This document shows positions 59,945 to 64,000 of a stretch of 64,000 nucleotides of DNA, piece after piece; the first letter of the stretch is position 1, and each line of letters starts with the position of its first letter. The notes below the pieces were generated by a model. It had not been told where the DNA came from. It did no database searches and worked only from the letters and a program-made list of their open reading frames with translations. This DNA comes from an uncultured archaeon (GTDB lineage Archaea > Thermoplasmatota > Thermoplasmata > Thermoplasmatales > Thermoplasmataceae). Location of the stretch: contig CP009479.1 of the NCBI GenBank assembly GCA_000965745.1, positions 640,001-704,000 on the forward strand. Reading direction: 5' to 3'. Position numbers and translations under genes: made by a program.

Positions 59945-61063
59945 GAGGATTTCCCAAAACTATTCGTTATACTTCAACAGTGTTGATGAGTGTCTTCAAT
60001 TATGCCTGATTCATGGAAAACAGCTCCTTTGAGCTGTATTTTTACTGTTTATTTCCTTTGTTTTCCCTAAAACTCGAGGGCTTACGCTATCCTGTCAAGA
60101 TATCTTGCCCTGACAAGGTTGTAGCATATTGCAGTGAAGTATGTCTTCACACGCACTCTCTGTACCGTTGTGACCATCACATGTGAGAAGTGGAACATTC
60201 GCTTGAAGAATGCATATGGATGTTCCACCAGCGATCTGATGCGAGATATCCTCAGGTTTCGCCGTATGCTTTTCATGGGAAGCTTGTGATTCCTCACTGC
60301 CCTGTCCATGGTGGCATCGATTCCCCTGCAACCGGAGCCGAAGTATCCCTTGTCCCTGTACACCACAATTCCGGGAATGCTCAGATCTATCTGTGAGTCA
60401 TGCACGTTGGCAGGTGTCACAGACAGCCTCTCCAGGATCTTGATCTCGTTCACAAGCGAGTGAGTCTTGTACCCGAAATGCTTCTCATGGTTCTTCGTAG
60501 CGGATGCACCGTCCTTAGATCTGCGAGTCTTTGCATCCTCGCCTCTGGGTTTTCCGTATTCTCCCCTGTCGGATTCGGTGAAGGATGCGTCCTGCATCGT
60601 TCCCGGTCTTACACTTATCTTACGCGCCATGATCTGGTCCCTTATCTCGTTGAAAACCAGGCGATCCTTACCTGTCTCTGAGAGGCGCTCCTTGAAGTAC
60701 CAGATCGTGTTCCTGTCCGGTAATTTTTCTGGATATCCGAGAAAGTTCAGGAATGATATCCTGTCTCTTATCTCCCTTTCAACTTGCGGATCTGAAAGGT
60801 TGTACCACTGCTGAAGCAACAGTATCTTCACCATCAGTATGGGATCATAATTTGGCCTTCCCCCTTTCTCAGTGTTGTTTTCATACAGGTCTGAGAGGAT
60901 CGGCCTGATCCTCTCAAAGTCAATGCGGTCTGTAATGCCTGAAAGTGGGTCTCCAAGTGACTCAACTTCCCTGTACCACTCTGGGAAACTTGATTGCAGC
61001 AGGTTCATGCTATTTGATCATGAGGTCATGAAAAAGGTTTGCGGTGGGTTTTTGGAAAAGCTC
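59945..61063 (-). mobile_element. IS5-family insertion sequence
   Basis: 16-bp IRs (13/16 match) at 59945-59960 and 61048-61063; 4-bp TSD CATA on both sides. Confidence 0.88.
60082..61008 (-). CDS. IS5 transposase
   Basis: GGRPNYD, LLQQWYNLSD, QDAS, FGYKTH, ANVHD, DKGY, RSLVEHPY. Confidence 0.95.
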   Translation of the reverse strand: MNLLQSSFPEWYREVESLGDPLSGITDRIDFERIRPILSDLYENNTEKGGRPNYDPILMVKILLLQQWYNLSDPQVEREIRDRISFLNFLGYPEKLPDRNTIWYFKERLSETGKDRLVFNEIRDQIMARKISVRPGTMQDASFTESDRGEYGKPRGEDAKTRRSKDGASATKNHEKHFGYKTHSLVNEIKILERLSVTPANVHDSQIDLSIPGIVVYRDKGYFGSGCRGIDATMDRAVRNHKLPMKSIRRNLRISRIRSLVEHPYAFFKRMFHFSHVMVTTVQRVRVKTYFTAICYNLVRARYLDRIA

Positions 61064-61070
61064 CATAATT

Positions 61071-61095
61071 AATTTAATAATTAAATTATTAAATT
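61071..61095. promoter_or_regulatory. 11-bp perfect inverted repeat upstream of an RHH-like gene (possible operator)
   Basis: AATTTAATAAT-TAA-ATTATTAAATT; entirely A/T, so chance cannot be excluded. Confidence 0.35.
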
Positions 61096-61152
61096 CTAAT
61101 TCTAGATTAGATTATAGATACTCTATTCTGAGAAATTCCAGAAGAAGAGGAG

Positions 61153-61521
61153 GTGTCTCTTTTGCCCAAAGCTAAAGGTGCTGGCAGACCCTCTCTCCAG
61201 AAGAAAGACCCAAAAAGGAAAGTTCCAGTATCAGCATCCCTAGAGCAGGGACTACTCTGGAAACTTGAAGAACTCGGCATATCGCCAACAGAACTTCTCT
61301 CTGCAGCAGCTCAAACTGTTGAAACCGACGAACACGGTTTAACGCAGAAGGATTTCCTGAAACTCATCCTGGATCTTCCAATAAATGACATGAGCGAGGA
61401 CCAAAATCAACGGGTAAGAAAGGAAGTCATGGAAATGAGCTTCAGTCCAGGAGAAGATATCCAGGACATATATGACCAGGCAAGGTATAGAAAAAGGAAA
61501 ATTCTGAAAAGGGATATGTGA
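61153..61521 (+). CDS. Hypothetical protein, possible ribbon-helix-helix DNA-binding protein
   Basis: GAGGAG RBS; GAGRP followed by KVPVSASLE (strand-like) and helices (GISPTELL). Confidence 0.55.
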   Translation: MSLLPKAKGAGRPSLQKKDPKRKVPVSASLEQGLLWKLEELGISPTELLSAAAQTVETDEHGLTQKDFLKLILDLPINDMSEDQNQRVRKEVMEMSFSPGEDIQDIYDQARYRKRKILKRDM

Positions 61522-61660
61522 CGACGCATTTATTTCCGAACCATACACAGTCAACGGATTCACATTCATTCTATCACGATAAGGTGAACAGCAACGAGTG
61601 GCGAATTTTTTTCATTAACTTCTGTTTATCAGAAGTATAATCAACTGAATGTGAAAAGGG

Positions 61661-61903
61661 ATGTACAACCACGAGGGCTGCATTAAGATCGAAGATCCGC
61701 ATTTTACTGAGAGATCAGACGCTCGTTTTCTGCCTAAAAACACTATCGACAATATTCTGTCCCGAGGAAGGTGGATGCCTGACGGAAAGAAGGTTAACAA
61801 TCAGCAAGACTTTCGAGTAGTACTGGGCAAATGGACGCTGAAAATCACCATAAAATTCGGAAATCCCTGTACAATTACATTTTGGACTGCTTATTTTAAA
61901 TAG
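61661..61903 (+). CDS. Small DUF4258/RelE-like putative toxin
   Basis: PHFTERSDARF...IDNILSRG...WTAY pattern; directly upstream of a zinc-finger gene. Confidence 0.5.
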   Translation: MYNHEGCIKIEDPHFTERSDARFLPKNTIDNILSRGRWMPDGKKVNNQQDFRVVLGKWTLKITIKFGNPCTITFWTAYFK

Positions 61904-61965
61904 CGAAAAATGGCAGTGCAAAGTAACAACACAAAAACTTTTATCATGACACCTATTCTAATACT

Positions 61966-62331
61966 ATGGACGAACCTCTAAGTTCAATCGAATGTCCCGT
62001 TTGTGGTTCTGGCATGGTTAAAGGTAAGATGCCATTCAGTATAGATAGGGTGTTCGTTGACTTCTATAAAGCATGGCGCTGCACAAGTTGTGGGAACTCT
62101 TTTTTCATAACTGAAGAGAGGGATATAAGAATTAGAGACGCCACAATATTGGGAATAATTCAATCAGAAAGTGTGCAGGAAGAGCTTGTTTATAAGTCGG
62201 ATGAGACGAATCATCAAGACATTGAGGTTTCGACAGATGTGCCCAAAATAATATCGCTCCCTCGAGAATTTAAAAAGGACAAAGAACAGTTATCAGATAA
62301 TTTCTCTGAGGTTACAGCGATTGTGAGTTAG
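61966..62331 (+). CDS. YgiT/MqsA-type zinc finger protein (putative antitoxin)
   Basis: CPVCGSGM...AWRCTSCGNSFF. Confidence 0.65.
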   Translation: MDEPLSSIECPVCGSGMVKGKMPFSIDRVFVDFYKAWRCTSCGNSFFITEERDIRIRDATILGIIQSESVQEELVYKSDETNHQDIEVSTDVPKIISLPREFKKDKEQLSDNFSEVTAIVS

Positions 62332-62332
62332 T

Positions 62333-62857
62333 ATGTACCAACCTATTGATTTTCGCAAATATCCTGAAAAGGACTTTCGTACTAGGGGCCAATTTCAATG
62401 GGCAATTTATGATATTGAGCATCCAGATTGTACCGGTACGTTAAAGGTGGCAAATCTTCCGGTCAAAGTCTTGGAGGTACCGGAATATCTGGCCCCTCCA
62501 GGCGCATTTGATGATAATAACCCTCCCTTCATGGTAATGTGGGCGCCGTTAGTGGTATCATTTAGGAACAAAGGCGTTAGGAAGAAAGCGGGAGTTCCTT
62601 TGACAAGGGAAGATTACAACGAAGCGGACAAAGTGGATCTATTTTCCGGAGACCTAGTAACGAGATATGAACCAGATAACGAGTATACGGTTATAGATAG
62701 ATCTTCTTACATTCTAAGAGCGAGGTTAGTCGCCACTAAACTTGAGTTGCTCCAAAACAAAGTAGATCAGTTTGGAGATCCAGGTTTATGGGTAACTTGT
62801 AACAATAACATTAGTTTCACGAAGTTTACTCCAGGAGTTCCAGGGGTTCACCAATAG
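62333..62857 (+). CDS. Hypothetical protein
   Basis: 174 aa ORF starting 1 bp after the zinc-finger stop; no family recognised. Confidence 0.65.
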   Translation: MYQPIDFRKYPEKDFRTRGQFQWAIYDIEHPDCTGTLKVANLPVKVLEVPEYLAPPGAFDDNNPPFMVMWAPLVVSFRNKGVRKKAGVPLTREDYNEADKVDLFSGDLVTRYEPDNEYTVIDRSSYILRARLVATKLELLQNKVDQFGDPGLWVTCNNNISFTKFTPGVPGVHQ

Positions 62858-63047
62858 ATTATCGAGTGATGGCTATTTGTGTTTGTTCTCAAGACATCAT
62901 TCTTGTAAGTGAATATCTCTACACATCTCAAGTTAAGTTTTACGCTAAAACTTAACGCCATTTATATATGACTTTGATTAAACACCCTTGATTATATAGT
63001 CGATCTATGCGAAAGACGTTAAGTTTTGACACAATCTTAACATCACC

Positions 63048-63305
63048 TTGAGGCCGATAGTAAGATCATCCAACAAATTCCAGGTCAGGATCCTCAGGCC
63101 ATCTGAATGGGAAATCTTGAGAGATAAACTGGACATTAACATGAAAAGAATTTGTGCATCATGCCTGGTAACTGGAATGAGATACGCAGAATTGCGGAGA
63201 TTCAAGGAAAATCCAGACTGGTTGGAAGGAAGGTTTGTATATCTCCCCAGGGAATCCACGGTGAAATTCCAGACAAAGTTTGGTGTCAAGGAAGAAGACA
63301 TTTAA
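63048..63305 (+). pseudogene. Truncated tyrosine recombinase/integrase
   Basis: RILRPSEW...LVTGMRYAEL (box I Arg), then a stop at 85 aa with no HxxR/Tyr box II. Confidence 0.65.
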
Positions 63306-63513
63306 GGGTTCTACGAGGGAGAAGGGGGAATCAATCTGAAAGGGGATTATATGGGGGCAGCTTGTACCATCGCATGGGGAAATAAAAGACCGTTTTCATT
63401 GAAGCGTGTATAAAGCCTGATCTGAGATCAGAGACCATGCCGAGGTCTACGCATAGAATAGAAATATGCAATAGAATAAACAAATTAATAAGCAGGAGCT
63501 ATTTTATTTTTTT

Positions 63514-63882
63514 ATGGCCGGAAACTACTATTATGATAAACTTACTCATTGGATGCAAATAACCAACGGAGACTACAGACCCTACATCAGAAACAAGGGA
63601 AAATCTGGAATTTCAAATGAGTTTAAGAATGACCCAAGATTCACGAGGGAAGTTTGCGGATATCTGAAGACTTATGCAAAGGGGAAGGAAAGAGATTCCG
63701 TTTCGACGATTATTAAAGGTATTTCAAATCCAGAGAGTGATGTGCTGGACATTCTGGTAGGTGCCACATTAGATGCTTGCGGTTACACAGATACTGGGAA
63801 TACCTTGATTGGCTTGGCTGTTGCGGGCTTAATTGGTGTTGGCATAATATCAATCCTTGCTGCCCTGACTTCAAAGAGGTGA
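63514..63882 (+). CDS. Hypothetical protein with a C-terminal transmembrane helix
   Basis: 122 aa; LIGLAVAGLIGVGIISILAAL. Confidence 0.6.
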   Translation: MAGNYYYDKLTHWMQITNGDYRPYIRNKGKSGISNEFKNDPRFTREVCGYLKTYAKGKERDSVSTIIKGISNPESDVLDILVGATLDACGYTDTGNTLIGLAVAGLIGVGIISILAALTSKR

Positions 63883-64000
63883 TGACAATAAACCCATTTA
63901 TTCCGGACCTATCTTTCTTTGACACTTATATAATTCCCTTGATGTCTGCTTGTTTGGCTCTTTACGGAACGTTACTAGCACGAAAAGAGAAACTGAACGG

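Noticed and set aside
244-63925. Numerous short antisense or nested ORFs in the track (e.g. 6179..6892, 15613..16368, 17852..18451, 34832..35404)
   Set aside because: Shadow frames of well-supported genes, with no recognisable motifs.

Overview
Gene-dense archaeal window, most likely Thermoplasmatales or a related acidophile. This is inferred from TATA boxes close to start codons, GGTG-type RBSs, a thermopsin-type surface repeat, archaeal Prs/KptA/SHMT and a Sox-type Rieske/cytochrome b pair. Layout: (1) 1-3.1 kb, a phosphoesterase / membrane protein / glycerol-3-phosphate dehydrogenase operon. (2) 3.2-30.9 kb, a ~28 kb catabolic island for (hetero)aromatic carboxylic acids. It holds four UbiD paralogs plus UbiX, an HpaB/HpaC-type monooxygenase, a CoxLMS-type molybdenum hydroxylase, two isochorismatase-family amidases, ACMSD-like and class II aldolase-fold enzymes, a cyclase, cupins, hydrolases and three MFS transporters. 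Two of the four UbiDs have both lost the canonical catalytic Arg and the first Glu. Two copies of a 271-bp non-autonomous IS200/IS605-type element with an omegaRNA-like right end are inserted in the island. (3) 31-56.7 kb, housekeeping and metabolic genes (glyA, hom, aminotransferases, prs, kptA) and a Rieske-cytochrome b operon headed by a tandem atypical cupredoxin. (4) 57.4-64 kb, three stacked IS elements (IS256, ISL3, IS5) whose insertion order can be partly read from target-site duplications, followed by an accessory region with a probable toxin-antitoxin pair and a truncated integrase. No rRNA, tRNA or CRISPR array was recognised. All family calls are from motif recognition only; no database search was run.
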